Source of the DNA: an uncultured Planctomycetota bacterium
Lineage (GTDB): Bacteria; Planctomycetota; Planctomycetia; Isosphaerales; Isosphaeraceae
Direction of reading: 5' to 3'
Length of the DNA stretch: 64,000 nt
Assembly: GCA_963823665.1 (NCBI GenBank)
Contig: CAWGMQ010000010.1
Location: 480,001 to 544,000, forward strand
Shown here: positions 1-11,389 of the stretch, piece after piece
Numbering within the stretch: position 1 is the first letter of the stretch
How the letters are laid out: the number at the start of each line of letters is the position of its first letter
Program-made: the position numbers and the translations under genes
The notes under the pieces: generated by a model
Seen by the model: the letters and a program-made list of their open reading frames with translations, nothing else
Database searches by the model: none
What the model was told of the DNA's origin: nothing

Positions 1-371
1 TGCTCGTCGACGTTGGGAACTGCTTGGCCAGGGGCGTACGTCGTCGTGCCGCTGCCGGTCTGCGCTCCGCCGAAGGCGTAGTCGGAGCCGCCGGCGAGTG
101 AGGCGACGGGCGCGGCCACGCCCAGATCATGCGCAAGATAATCGAGCCAGTTACCGCCGTTGGTGAACCGGCCTTGATAGTAGTCTGCCGCCGGGGCGGG
201 CTGAGTGCCGCCGCTGGCGAGGTAGTCGTTGCCGACGTCGGAGAGACTGTCACCGAAGGACACGATTGACGTGATTTGATCACCCCACGCATGCCCGCTT
301 GCGATTGCCATCATGCCGATGGCGATCATCACCGCCAGCGTTCGTTTCGTGCTGAATTGTCCTGAAACCAT
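1..371 (-). CDS. SGNH/GDSL hydrolase, secreted (3' end outside window)
   Basis: Manual translation: MVSGQFSTKRTLAVMIAIGMMAIASGHAWGDQITSIVSFGDSLSDVGN...GRFTNG...DYAFGGA. Has GDSL block I, GRFxNG, a signal peptide and a GGGAG RBS. Confidence 0.85.
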   Translation of the reverse strand, partial: MVSGQFSTKRTLAVMIAIGMMAIASGHAWGDQITSIVSFGDSLSDVGNDYLASGGTQPAPAADYYQGRFTNGGNWLDYLAHDLGVAAPVASLAGGSDYAFGGAQTGSGTTTYAPGQAVPNVDE

Positions 372-744
372 CGGTTCACAGACTCCCTTCGTGAACGGGT
401 GATCATGGTTGGTCCATCAGATGCATCCTCCCTGCATTTTGTGAAGATCCGTTTTGCGGTGAACCGGACGGGAAAACTTGAGGAATTTTGGATTTTGGTC
501 GGCATGTCGGGGACCTGCCTGCCAAATGGGCGGTGAACATGAGCACGCGAAGGCGCGGGCACACACTTGCGAAATTGAGTGCGGCCCGGCTTGCCACGGG
601 CCTCTGGGGCAGCCGATTTGGTGGCGAGTCGGCTCCATCGCAATCGGCGCTCGATGCCGCGGCGCCGGGCGCTTCCGAGCCGTGAATAGATCAACATCGT
701 GGTTTCAGGAACAGCGAAAAAGGATTCAGAATCCCTTCGCGGAG

Positions 745-2394
745 AGGCTGTCATCTTTTGGCCGCGTTGCGGTAACTCGGCCGTTGGGCCTAGTCGGCTG
801 TGATTCACCGCTTGGTCGCTCGGTTAGTGCCGCCGATTCACGCCAGTTCTCCAATAGCCCAGCCGTTGACGCAAACGCGCTTTCCTATTTTGTCCCTTTT
901 TTGCAAAGTACCGCTCATTCCGCCAGTTTGCCCATCGCTGGGCGCAGTCTCCCTGCGACAACCAGGTTGTGAGCAATTGCAAACAACAATGCGACGGCGC
1001 GGCAACGCGGTTGGCCACGCACGGGCATAAACCAGAATCCTCGATTGCGAGCCTGGGCGTTGACCCACTCGGCTGTTTGGCCTCGCAGCCGGTAGATCAG
1101 CTTCGCGGCCTCGGTCCCCATTCGGATCCGCCAAGCGGCAACCGCTTCGCTGTCGCCCTTCTTTGCGGTGTAGGGATCTTCTCCATTTGCCTGTTTCTTT
1201 TTCTCGTCTCTGATCGGCCCGTATACGATGCAGCCGCGTTGGGCCGCCTGATCGATCGAGTCCTTGGTCGTGAAGCCACCGTCAACCAATGCCTCATCCG
1301 GAATTCGTTCGTAACGCTCCTCCAACTGGTCGAGCATGGGCGGAAGTTCTTCGCCATCGTTCCCTGCGTTGGTCACCTCCACACCCACAATCACACCGCT
1401 TTCGGTGTCTGTTGTGAATTGAACGTTATATCCCGGCCGGAATCCTCCGTCTGGAAACTTCATGATCCTCGCGTCGGGGTCGGTGGTCGAAGCACGCGCT
1501 TCCCGCCCCTTGCGGCCGTAGGACTCGTCACGTTCGCGTTGCAGCTCCTCGCACTGCCGCATCGCTTCTTCGATCCGTTGCTGTCGCTTGTTGGCGGCAC
1601 GCTCCCGCGCCGCTCGCTGCCGTCGAGTCAGCTCTGCTGTGTCCTCCTCGGCCAGTTTCTTCAGCGCCTCAACCTGCTCCTTCGCCGCTTTCAGGCACTC
1701 CTCCAGGCTACCGCGACGACGAAACGAGCTCTTGCCCGCGCTGGCACGCACTCTCATTCCGTCCTGAGCGACCCGGTCCATTTTCACCAACCCGGCATGG
1801 AGCAGGGTGCCCACGATCTGCGTGAGCAGTTCGTTCAACTTCTCGCCCCCACAAGCGAGGAAGTGGGACAACATGCTGTGGTTGACGGTTACGCCGCCGC
1901 ACAGCCACTGGTACGGCAGACTCCCTTGGTTCTTTTCGCACAGCCGTTCGATTTCACGGGCGCTGCCGACTCCCTTCAATGTGGCGAAAACCCGCAATCC
2001 GACCAGCAAGCGCGGGTCGGTGGCATCTCGGCCGACATGTCGCTCGACGGCCTTGATCTCGCCGAGCCAGGCTTTCAGATCGAGCTTGCAGACCGCCGCC
2101 CAGACGACCCGGGCCGGATGGTCGGCCTCGAGCAATTCATCGAGCGATGCCCAGCGCATCTCGATCTGGTCGCGTACGGGACACCGCAGCCGCGGCTTGC
2201 CAGTTGGCATCGACTGGGCAGCCTGGGCGGGAGAGGGCTGATCGGGCAAGTCTTCTGGGCTAAAGAGAGGAAGTGTCATGACGCTCGTCCTGCAACACCG
2301 GGGCTGCGTGGGGCTCATGCGGCGGACTACATGCATGGTATTAGAACGTGAACACTATACAAAATCAACCCCAACGCCGAAAAAATCACAGCCT
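745..2394 (-). mobile_element. IS1182-family insertion sequence, 1650 bp
   Basis: Imperfect terminal IRs: AGGCTGTCATCTTTT at 745 and AGGCTGTGATTTTTT (revcomp, ending 2394). 5-bp direct repeat CGGAG at 740-744 and 2395-2399. Single transposase inside. Confidence 0.85.
915..2279 (-). CDS. IS1182-family DDE transposase
   Basis: Motifs LDELLEADHPAR, SAREIERLC, QDGMRVRASA, STTDPDARIMK, GYNVQ, LVDGGF, YRLRGQTAEWVNA, AHNL. Probable start MTLPLF at 2279. Confidence 0.88.
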   Translation of the reverse strand: MTLPLFSPEDLPDQPSPAQAAQSMPTGKPRLRCPVRDQIEMRWASLDELLEADHPARVVWAAVCKLDLKAWLGEIKAVERHVGRDATDPRLLVGLRVFATLKGVGSAREIERLCEKNQGSLPYQWLCGGVTVNHSMLSHFLACGGEKLNELLTQIVGTLLHAGLVKMDRVAQDGMRVRASAGKSSFRRRGSLEECLKAAKEQVEALKKLAEEDTAELTRRQRAARERAANKRQQRIEEAMRQCEELQRERDESYGRKGREARASTTDPDARIMKFPDGGFRPGYNVQFTTDTESGVIVGVEVTNAGNDGEELPPMLDQLEERYERIPDEALVDGGFTTKDSIDQAAQRGCIVYGPIRDEKKKQANGEDPYTAKKGDSEAVAAWRIRMGTEAAKLIYRLRGQTAEWVNAQARNRGFWFMPVRGQPRCRAVALLFAIAHNLVVAGRLRPAMGKLAE

Positions 2395-2784
2395 CGGAGC
2401 GAAAGGCGACAATGGGGGATGTCAGATACCCACCTTTTGCCGGGCGTCGGGCACTTGCCTTGTCAGTTTCCAAAATCGTCAGAGGCCGTGGTTTCGCGCC
2501 GAACTTGCGAACCGCGAATGAATGGGTGCGGTGGACCGTGACAAGAGGATCACCCTTCTCGCGGAGGGCCAGACTAAGAGTACCGAGTACGGGCGCTAGT
2601 GCGAGTAAGGATACGATTGGGATTATGATTAAGATTATGATTAAGAGCAGGAGTCGGAGTGGTGCGGTCGAGCGACCCTCAGTAGGCGGCGGCCTGGACA
2701 GACCCCCCCTGGCCCTAGGCTGATGAAAAGACGGCCATCTGGCGAACTTCGAAGGTGGGTGATTCGGCGTTTTCTGTTGCGCGA

Positions 2785-3262
2785 AGGGGGCTGACGCCCC
2801 CGCTCGCCCGGAACCGTTGATCGCAGACAGGGGGCTGACGTCCCCCGCTCGCCCGGAACCGTTGATCACAGACAGGGAGGGGACTGACGTCCCCCGCTCG
2901 CCCGGAACCGTTGATCGCAGACAGGGGGCTGACGTCCCCCGCTCGCCCGGAACCGTTGATCGCAGACAGGGGGCTGACGCCCCCCGCTCGCCCGGAATTT
3001 GACGTCCCCCGCTCGCGCGGAACCGTTGATCGCAGACAGGGGGCTGACGCCCCCCGCTCGCCCGGAACCGTTGATCGCAGACAGGGGGCTGACGTCCCCC
3101 GCTCGCCCGGAACCGTTGATCGCGGACAGGGGGCTGACGCCCCCCGCTCGCCCGGAATTTGACGTCCCCCGCTCGCGCGGAACCGTTGATCGCAGACAGG
3201 GGGCTGACGCCCCCCGCTCGCCCGGAATTTGACGTTCCCCGCTCGCCCGGAACCGTTGATCG
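2785..3262 (+). repeat. Tandem array of 45-bp REP-like units with 70-bp composite variants
   Basis: Unit AGGGGGCTGACG(C/T)CCCCCGCTCGCCCGGAACCGTTGATCGCAGAC. 12 core copies with near-invariant linkers. GGGGG/CCCCC hairpin in each full unit. Confidence 0.95.
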
Positions 3263-3685
3263 ATGTCTGACACTCGCCGTTTGCCGAGCGTCGGGCGGTC
3301 GCGTGCGGCGTGTTCGTAATGACCAGAGCCCGTTGTTTTGCACCGGAGGTGTGAACTTGCGATCTGTTTCTGATCAATCCTAAATATGCAATAAACTCGA
3401 AACGGTGCGCGCATCCGGTGCCCTATCGACATGTATTTCCGGAAGGATCGTCACAATCCGATCGCGTTCCCGGAAAAGCCCTTTTTGAAGGACCGGAATT
3501 AGTTGCGTAGGCGGGAATCGTGCACCATATTGTGGTGGACGGGCGATTGGTCCGGGATGCCACGTCGTTCGGCGCGGGTGCTCGCGCTGCGGCATCAGGC
3601 GATTGGTCGTCTTTTCGGAGGGCACCGGCCGTGGCGGCAGCTCGCTGCTCGGGGTGCGCGCGATACATAGGGTTATGGTGATGCG

Positions 3686-5467
3686 ATGAGTGATCAAGTT
3701 GCGGCTGTGGGCGGAACGGATCATGAGGTTCCTTCGCTCCCCTTTGGCGGTCGACTCAACGCCGTCAAACACGGGCTCACGGCGAAGACTCGGGTTTTGC
3801 CGGGTGAGGACCCTGTTGCTCTTCAGGCTCTGATCGATGGGTTCAAGGCGAATGCTCAGGCGAAAAACTTGATCGAAGAGAGCTTGCTCGAGATGGCGGC
3901 GAGGTGTTTCTGGCGGGCCGGGCGTGCTGAACGGCTCGAAGCGAATCGGGGGACCATCGACATCGTGCGGCGAGCGGAGACCGATGCGGCTCGCGCGGCA
4001 CAGGAGGTCGCGGCGCTGGGGAGTCGCCTGTTCTTTGACCGCCGCGGGCCGTGGCAACTGTGGCCCTGGCGAGACTATTACTCCAATCCGCCACGGAAGT
4101 CGGCGGCGGGTGATGCCGAAGACCCAGATGGGCCGCGCAAGGTGGTTGATCAGCTTGAAGCGACCCGAGAGGGGGTGAATTGGCTGCTGCGCGAGTGGTA
4201 TGAGATCCGGAAACCGCTCGAGGCTGGAGGCGAGTGGCTGCCGTGCCAGAAATTCAAGGTCATCCGCTTGCTGGGAAAACAGCCGCTCGATGCCATTCAT
4301 GATGACGAGGTCGCCCTGGTATTCCTCGCCAACCACGCCATCGCGCCGGAATTCTTCTCCGCCTTCGACGAGCTCAGGTGCGAGATCGACGAGAACCGGC
4401 TCGAGCAGCACATGGCTCAGCTCGAGCGAGAAGAGCGGAAGGCCATCACACCCGCGGATGAGGAGGCGGGACGCGCAGCACTGCTGGCGATCGTGGATAA
4501 GGCCATCGAGCGGCTGTTGAGGCTCGGAGCCGAGCGCGGGGAGGTCGCCGATTTCCTCCGACAGCTTGAAAGTCAAACACCGAGCGACGCGGGGACGAAG
4601 GCGGTCGCTCCCGTTCAGCGGCATCTTGGAGATTGCAACCGGCTGATGCTAAGGAACATCGACGCTTTTCACCGGCTACGCCGGAATGAGGTCGAACGGT
4701 GGGGGATTATCCGGCAAGAGCGAGAGCAGAAGAGAGAGGAAGCACGACGCAAGCGAGAAATGGGGCCTGACCCGCGACTGATTGTGGATGCGCGCGGGAA
4801 GGTTCGTCAGGCCGAGGGCTACCGGTGGAAGCTTCAAGAAGGCCTGGCACGGTACGAAGCCGTGATTGGGCGGCAACCGTGCGAATTGGATGAGGGTTGG
4901 AGTGAGTCTCCCTGGAACGATGAGCGGGATCGGGAGGATCACGACGGTACGTCGACGCAGGCCGAGGCACAGTGCGCTCTTGGAGGCCAGCAGGGCGGGC
5001 TGCCGGGGGACGGCGGAACCGTGCCTGTGAGCAATCTGATGCGGGCAGATTATCAGTGTGAAGCGGCGGGTGTGGGGGTGATCGATTTCGTTCCCGTGCA
5101 GTTTACGGGGAAAGGAGATGCGGCGAATCTACAAAACGAGATTGTGGGCGACTTACCGATCGGTGGTGTGAAGGCCGGGCGACAGGAACGCGGCGAGACT
5201 CAACGCCAGAAGGACGTCTCCGGCGATGAACTACAGGCGTCTTTGCCTGAAGAGGGTTGCGATCGGCCGGCTCGTGTGGCGGAGCCGCTTTCCAAGCGGG
5301 AGAGACGGCGGCGGCAACGGGAAATGGCGAGGAACGAGTTTGAGCGGCGGCGCGGGGTGATGCCGAGTGAGCCCAATGTTTCAGTGGGCGAGATACTCGA
5401 CATCGCTCACGGATTGTTGCCGAACGCGGTTGCGTTTCGTCGGAAACACGGGCCGAGGTCGCCGTGA
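3686..5467 (+). CDS. Hypothetical 'NAVKHGL...LPGED' family protein, copy 1 (593 aa)
   Basis: Long uninterrupted ORF with collinear homology to 50095-52224. Confidence 0.85.
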   Translation: MSDQVAAVGGTDHEVPSLPFGGRLNAVKHGLTAKTRVLPGEDPVALQALIDGFKANAQAKNLIEESLLEMAARCFWRAGRAERLEANRGTIDIVRRAETDAARAAQEVAALGSRLFFDRRGPWQLWPWRDYYSNPPRKSAAGDAEDPDGPRKVVDQLEATREGVNWLLREWYEIRKPLEAGGEWLPCQKFKVIRLLGKQPLDAIHDDEVALVFLANHAIAPEFFSAFDELRCEIDENRLEQHMAQLEREERKAITPADEEAGRAALLAIVDKAIERLLRLGAERGEVADFLRQLESQTPSDAGTKAVAPVQRHLGDCNRLMLRNIDAFHRLRRNEVERWGIIRQEREQKREEARRKREMGPDPRLIVDARGKVRQAEGYRWKLQEGLARYEAVIGRQPCELDEGWSESPWNDERDREDHDGTSTQAEAQCALGGQQGGLPGDGGTVPVSNLMRADYQCEAAGVGVIDFVPVQFTGKGDAANLQNEIVGDLPIGGVKAGRQERGETQRQKDVSGDELQASLPEEGCDRPARVAEPLSKRERRRRQREMARNEFERRRGVMPSEPNVSVGEILDIAHGLLPNAVAFRRKHGPRSP

Positions 5468-5486
5468 TTCGTGCGAATCGTTGGCC

Positions 5487-5600
5487 CCTCATACGGTGCG
5501 CGGGAATGGTCGCTTGCCCGGGTCGGGGGGCGGAGCCCCTCCTACGGTGCGCGGGGATGGTCGCTTGCCCGGGTCGGGGGGCGGAGCCCCCTCCTACGGG
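5487..5600 (-). repeat. Two tandem ~51-bp units containing a GTAG-type REP-like motif
   Basis: CCTC(A/C)TACGGTGCGCGGG(A/G)ATGGTCGCTTGCCCGGGTCGGGGGGCGGAGCC occurs twice plus a partial copy. Revcomp reads GTAGGAGGGG(G)CTCCGCCCCCCGA. Confidence 0.8.
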
Positions 5601-5727
5601 TTGGGGCGAAAGGGACGCGCGGCGGCTCTCGCTGGTGCGCGGTGCTTCGAGCGGATCACTGGCGGGTGACGCCCTTCAGCCCGCCTGGCCCCCCCTTTTG
5701 GAAGGGGGGGAACAGGACCGGCGCCGG

Positions 5728-6308
5728 CTAACGGGTTGGCTGGTCCAGGAAGTTCTTGAGCAGCTTGATGCCTTCGAGCGTCAAGAAGCTCTCGGGGTGG
5801 TACTGAACGCCTTCGAGTGGATATCGCTTGTGACGCACACCCATGATTTCGTTCTGATCGGTCCAGGCGACGACTTCGAGGTCGCTCGGGCAGCGTGCCG
5901 GGCTCGATCACCAGGCTGTGGTATCGCGTCGCCTCGAAGGGATTGGCGATTCCACGATAGATTCCGCGGCCGTCGTGGTGGATCCACGAGGTCTTGCCGT
6001 GCATGATCCGGCCGGCCCGCACAACCTTCGCTCCCAGGGCGTGTCCGATGCATTGATGGCCCAGGCAGACGCCGAGCAGGGGGATCGTGGGGGCGAATCG
6101 CGTGACGACGTCGTTCGAGATTCCCGCCTCGACGCGGAGTGCACGGACCCGGAGAGATGATCAAGTGGCTGGGCGCGAGCCGCGCGATCTCTTCGACCGT
6201 GCACTGGTCGTTGCGCACGACTTTCAGGTCGACCGATGCGTCGATCTCGCCGAGCCGCTGCACGAGGTTGTAGGTGAACGAGTCGTAGTTGTCTACCAGA
6301 AGGATCAT
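5728..6308 (-). CDS. trpG: Anthranilate/aminodeoxychorismate synthase component II (glutamine amidotransferase), frameshifted
   Basis: [49 protein letters not shown], spread over three frames. trpG versus pabA cannot be separated. Confidence 0.85.
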
Positions 6309-6579
6309 ACGCAATCGCCCGGCGAGGCCGTGCAAACGGCAGAAGGGAGGAATCCGGACGAATCCTGGCTAACCATCTGGATCGTAACGTGCGGGCGATC
6401 CGACCGGAAGAGTACCCGTCGTGAATTGCGGATGTGCGGAGGGGCCGCGTGTTATCCTTGATCTTGGGACGCCCGGCGCCAGGCGGAGGCTCGGTCTGCC
6501 CGTGCGCCCGTTGGGAGCGATCACGGTTGCGAACTTCTGCCGGCCGTACGCCGGGGCCGGAAAAACAGGGAGGACCAGC

Positions 6580-7076
6580 ATGTCGAGCGCAATTGTCGCG
6601 ATGAGCCTGACGTTGGCGGCGAACGCCTTCGGCTTGGGCCACGATGATGCGGTGGTACAGCCCTCATGATCCCGAGCCGTACTTGCACATCCTGCCGGAC
6701 GGGCCGGGCGACGGTTGGGGGTTTCCCAACGGGCAGCCCGATGGCTACGGCTGGTTCGATCACGGCACCTTTCTGCCGTTAGGCGCCAACCGGATTCCGG
6801 ACTACTTTTTCCCGCGATATTTCGCGGCCGTGCCGGCGCAGATGTTTCCCCAGACCTATTACAACTGCTTTCGAGACACGCGGCCAGCGATACATACCCT
6901 ACGCCGGGGGCGGAGGCGAGCACCCGATGGGCGGACCGCCGCTGGCGTCGTCGCACCTACCTGTCTCCCCGTACACGGCGAACCCGGATAATGTTCCGCA
7001 GGTGGAGCTTCCCAAACTGAACGGTGTGATCGAGGCAGCACCGCTCTCCTCCGGCAGCTCGGGCTTGACGCCGTGA
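6580..7076 (+). CDS. Secreted Pro/Gly/Tyr-rich hypothetical protein, frameshifted
   Basis: GGAGG RBS and signal-like MSSAIVAMSLTLAANA. Continues PDGPGDGWGFPNG...YFFPRYF...RGQRYIPY in shifted frames. Confidence 0.6.
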
Positions 7077-7384
7077 TAACCGTTGAACGTGCAAAGACCC
7101 TGACGGGGAAGTTCGCCCTCCCGGGATCGATCAGAGCGCCAAGAGGCTCACCGGGAGGTTTGGACCCTCCCGGGTGCTTGTCAAAGTCAGGAGCGTCTTT
7201 TAGCATGGAAGAGAGTCATCACTGCTGCCGGACGTGCCTGAACTGATCGGTCGTTTCGGGCGAAATACCGATTGATGTGCGCAGCCTCCTGGAATCGGGC
7301 GAACATTCCGGGAGGCTCGTTCGTAGCAGACGCTAGAGCTTTCCGCGTTCATCGACTTTGTATTTCAACCGGAAGGTCTGCTTA

Positions 7385-8349
7385 ATGAGTTCGGAAGTCA
7401 TCATCGAGACGAGGAATCTCACCAAGGTCTATCGCGATTTCTGGGGTCGGCCCAAGGTTCAGGCCCTCAAGGCACTTGACCTTCAGGTGTATCGCGGCGA
7501 GATCTTCGGCCTGCTCGGGCCCAACGGCTCCGGGAAGACGACCACGATCAAGCTCTTGCTCGGGCTGCTGTTCGCGACCGAGGGCGAGGCGTTGATCTTC
7601 AATGAATCGACGACGAGCGTCGCCAAGAACGAGCGGATCGGCTACCTGCCAGAGGAGTCGTACCTTTACAAGTTCTTGAACGCCGAAGAGACCCTTCATT
7701 TCTATGGACGCTCTGTTCAAGATTTCTGGAGCGGAGCGGAAGAAGCGGGTCGGCCAGTTGATCGACATGGTGGGCCTCACCAGTGCGAAGCATCGCCAGC
7801 TTCGCGAGTATTCGAAGGGTATGCAGCGGCGCATCGGGCTGGCCCAGGCGCTGATCAACAACCCCGAGCTGATTCTGCTCGATGAGCCGACGTCGGGGCT
7901 CGATCCGATCGGAACTTCGGAAATCAAGCAGTTGATTCGCGACCTGCGCGAGCAGGGCAAGACGATCGTCCTTTCAGGGCACTTGCTTGCCGACATGCAG
8001 GATATTTGCGACCGGATTGCGATTCTTCATCGTGGCGAGTTGAAGGAGATTGGCCGCGTATCGGATCTGCTGACCGTTCAGGACGTGACGCAGATCAAGG
8101 TGCGCAATCTCTCGGCGGCGGCGATCGAGGAGATCCGGGACGTGATCCACCGGCATGGTGGAGTCGGACGTGCTGGTCGATCACCCCACGACGACGCTCG
8201 AGGAACTGTTCTTGCGAATCGTGCAAGAGAGCGAGCTTCACCCGGGACGGAGGAAGGTCGCGCACGACATGGCTCGTCCGGCTCCGCCGCGGCCGGGCGA
8301 ACTTGCCGGTGCTCGAGGAAATCCGGGGCGCAGGGACGATTACAGGTAG
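7385..8349 (+). CDS. ABC transporter ATP-binding protein, frameshifted
   Basis: Walker [10 protein letters not shown], signature [15 protein letters not shown], Walker [14 protein letters not shown]-terminal TLEELFL. Shifts near 7710 and 8160. Confidence 0.92.
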
Positions 8350-8598
8350 CGTGCCGGCAACCATCGAACGAGGGACAGGTGAGACACCTTCGGTCTGGCT
8401 AGCGGCCGCCCGAAAGCACCCCCTCCGGCCCCCCCTTCGAGAGGGGGAGCTTGGCGCAAGCTACAAGGTACGCGGTGAGAAATCAGGGTTGAGTCGATCA
8501 GGGTTGAGTCGATCGCAGGTTTTGAACGGCTCGGGCCTTGGCGGGGCCGTAAACTGCGAGTTGACCGGACAGACGTGACAAGCAACAAGAGGAACTGA

Positions 8599-11389
8599 AT
8601 GTCCGCGTTCTTGACTTCTTTGCCGATTTTGTGGGCCCAGGTGAATGCTGCGAGCAATCCTGCACCGAGGATGTCGCAGCGCGCGCTGGCCGCGATGACG
8701 TGGCTTTTCATAGCAAGTGATCCCAGCGTCGGCGTGCGGGATTCGGTGCTCGGTGGGATTCTGACGTGGATCAAGGCGATCAGCCTGATCTGCCTGGTGT
8801 GCTGGGTGGTTTCGTGGCTGATCGTGGGGATCAAGGAACGGATCATCGCGCAGGGTCGGTGGTTTGATTACCTGGGATTGGCGGCGGCGGTTCTGACGCC
8901 GGCCTCGGTGGCGCTCAAGGTGCTGGAGGATGCCGGGCGGGTTACGCGGTACAGGATTGGTGCGTATCCGCTGACCACGATCGCGGCGATTCTGTGCATT
9001 CTCTTATTCGCGGCGTGGGCCGAGATGGCGACGGTCCGGACGATTCGCCGGGTGGGCCGGCGACTCGGACTGGGTCGTGCACATTGCGCTGCACCTCGCC
9101 CTGGCGCTGGGTGTGGCGATCGGGTTCTACCTGTATCAGAGCGGGTTCTTGCTGGCGATGGTGCCGTTTGACCCGCAAACGAGGACGCGCCCCGTGCTGA
9201 ACTGGATCGACGGGCTGAATTTCGGGGTGCGATTCGGCGGGACGTACATGGGATTTGTGGTCTTGTTCCGGGTGGCGTGGGAGCTTGTGCGCGAGTTGTT
9301 CTTGATTCGAGGGCGGAGGCTGTATTCGATTGCGAGGCTGAGCATTTACGAGTCGAATCGGAAGATGTGGGCACCGTGGGTTGTGGGGGTGGTGTTTCTG
9401 CTGGTGCTTGCGTTCACGCACTGGTTTCTGGAGCCGCCGCGGCCGGCGGAGATGGGCCGGCTGTACGTGGGGACGCTGAGTCTCTTGTGTTCGATCTTGC
9501 TGACGGTGATGGTCACCATCATGACGCCGCTCTCGTTGCCGACGGACATCCAGCAGCAGACGATCTACACGGTGGTTTCGAAGCCGGTGCGGCGGATCGA
9601 GTTGATCTGGGGGCGGATGCTGGGTTACATGTTCATCGTCACGGTGCTGATGCTGGCGTTCGGGGGCATCAGCCTGTTCTATTTGCAGCGGACGGTCGGC
9701 GGCGAGCTGGCGAGCATCGAGCTAAAGGCCGAGAAGGCCAAGCCGTATGACCTGGTGCTCTTGCCACCGGTGAAAGACGTTGCCAGCCTGCCCCAGAGAG
9801 GGAACAAGCTGTTTGTGGTCGGGACTGTGGGAGATGAGCTCCACTTCCGCATTTTCGGCTTTGACGGCAAGATTGTCCTGGACACCGCCGAAAAGAAGCT
9901 GACGGAAAAGACCGAGCAGATCGAGAGTCTCAAGAAGGACCTGACCGCCTTATGGCCCCCGCACTCGCTCGCGACGACGGAGAAGAACTATCTGGTTTCC
10001 ACGGTCGCCTCGGTCGTCGGTTACTCGCTCAAGGATGTGAATATCAGCGATTACAAGCAGCTCATGGACCAGGCGGACCAGCTTCGCGTGCGGATGCAAG
10101 CGAGGGTTCCGATCAAGGGCTCGCTGTCGTTCCTCGACTCGCATGGGGTGCACAAGGCGGTGGGGATTGACGTGGGGGCGGAACAGCCGATGAAGGAGCC
10201 CAGGAGCCATATCGAGGGAGCGACTCCCTCGACGGCGATCTGGCGGTTTGGCCGCGAGGTGCCGGACCCGTTCGCTCCGCCGGGGCGTTTCATCCCGCTG
10301 GACCGGCAAATCCCGGTTCAAGATTTCATTTTGCCGGGCACGGTCGAGTGGGAGCTCGATCGGGTTTTCACGCTCGCCACGCAGATCGATGCCGCGCGTC
10401 GGGAGAAGGAACGACCGGGAGTGGCGACGGCCCGGGTGGCGCAGCTCGACGCGGCGATCAACCGGAATCAGCAGGAGCTGACCAGAGCGCGGAGCGATTA
10501 TGAGGCTCTGCTGAAACGAAGGGACGACCTGAGGGCGCATGCGGCCGAACTGGCGGCGAGCGGCAAGAACGGCGAGGCTGCTGCTGCCCGGAGGCAAGCG
10601 GCGGCGCTGTCGTCGCCTCCGATCAAGGTCGAGATGACATTCAACGTCTATCGCACGACAAAGGGGAAGATCGGCGAGCCGGTTTATGCGGAGATCGAGG
10701 CGATCAATCCGATGACCCAGCGAAAGTTTGAAGGCGACGTCTTCCCGATCAAGGAATACTACACGAATTCGGTGACGCTGCCGGCGTCGATTCTCGCGGG
10801 CTCGGACGGGTGGCTTAACGTGCAGATTCGCTGCCTGACGAATTCACAGTATCTCGGGATGGGAGAAAGCGACCTGTATCTGCTGTCGTCGTCCGGGAAC
10901 TTCGGCTTCAATTACATGAAGGGTCTATTCGGTGTGTGGCTGCAAGCGATGGTGCTGACGGCCATCGGGGTCTTCGCTGGTACGTTCCTGAGCTGGCCGG
11001 TGGCCCTGCTGACGACGATCTTCTTCTTTGTCGCGGGGCAGCTCGCGTTTGCTTTCCTCGTGGACATCTCGAGGCAGGCTGTGCTGGGTGGCGGGCCGTT
11101 CGAGTCGCTGATCCGGATTATTTCGCACGATAATCAAATGAGCGAGCTGACGCCGACCGGGGCGGTGGTGCTCGCCAAGACGCTCGATTCGCTGGCGATG
11201 CCGGTGATGTCGAGGGTGGTTTACCTCGTTCCGAATTTCCAGGCGCTGGACGTCAGCAACCTTGTGGCCGACGGGTTCATGGTGAGCTGGCGGGTGATGA
11301 TCTCCAATCTTCTGTTGGCGGTGGGCTACGCCCTGCCGTTTTCGTTCGCCGGTTACCTCATCTTGAAGAACCGGGAGGTCGCAGCATGA
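8599..11389 (+). CDS. ABC-2-type transporter permease with large extracytoplasmic region, frameshift near 9065
   Basis: Multiple TM segments, LPTDIQQQTIYTVVSKPVRRIELIWGR motif, C-terminal LKNREVAA. Follows the ATPase gene. Confidence 0.85.

Noticed and set aside
2785..3262. CRISPR array
   Set aside because: The linkers are near-identical rather than unique spacers, and there are no cas genes in the window.
2327..3432. ORFs 2327-3343, 2715-3377 and 2866-3432
   Set aside because: They are translations of the tandem repeat, open in several frames, with no protein-like features.
7100..7320. Riboswitch or ncRNA upstream of the ABC ATPase
   Set aside because: Three GC-rich hairpins are present, but I recognise no family motif. 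An Rfam search would be needed.
8483..8514. 15-bp tandem duplication TCAGGGTTGAGTCGA
   Set aside because: Only two copies, consistent with local slippage, with no further support for function.
9743..10030. Intein in the ABC permease
   Set aside because: No N-terminal Cys/Ser and no C-terminal His-Asn followed by a nucleophile.
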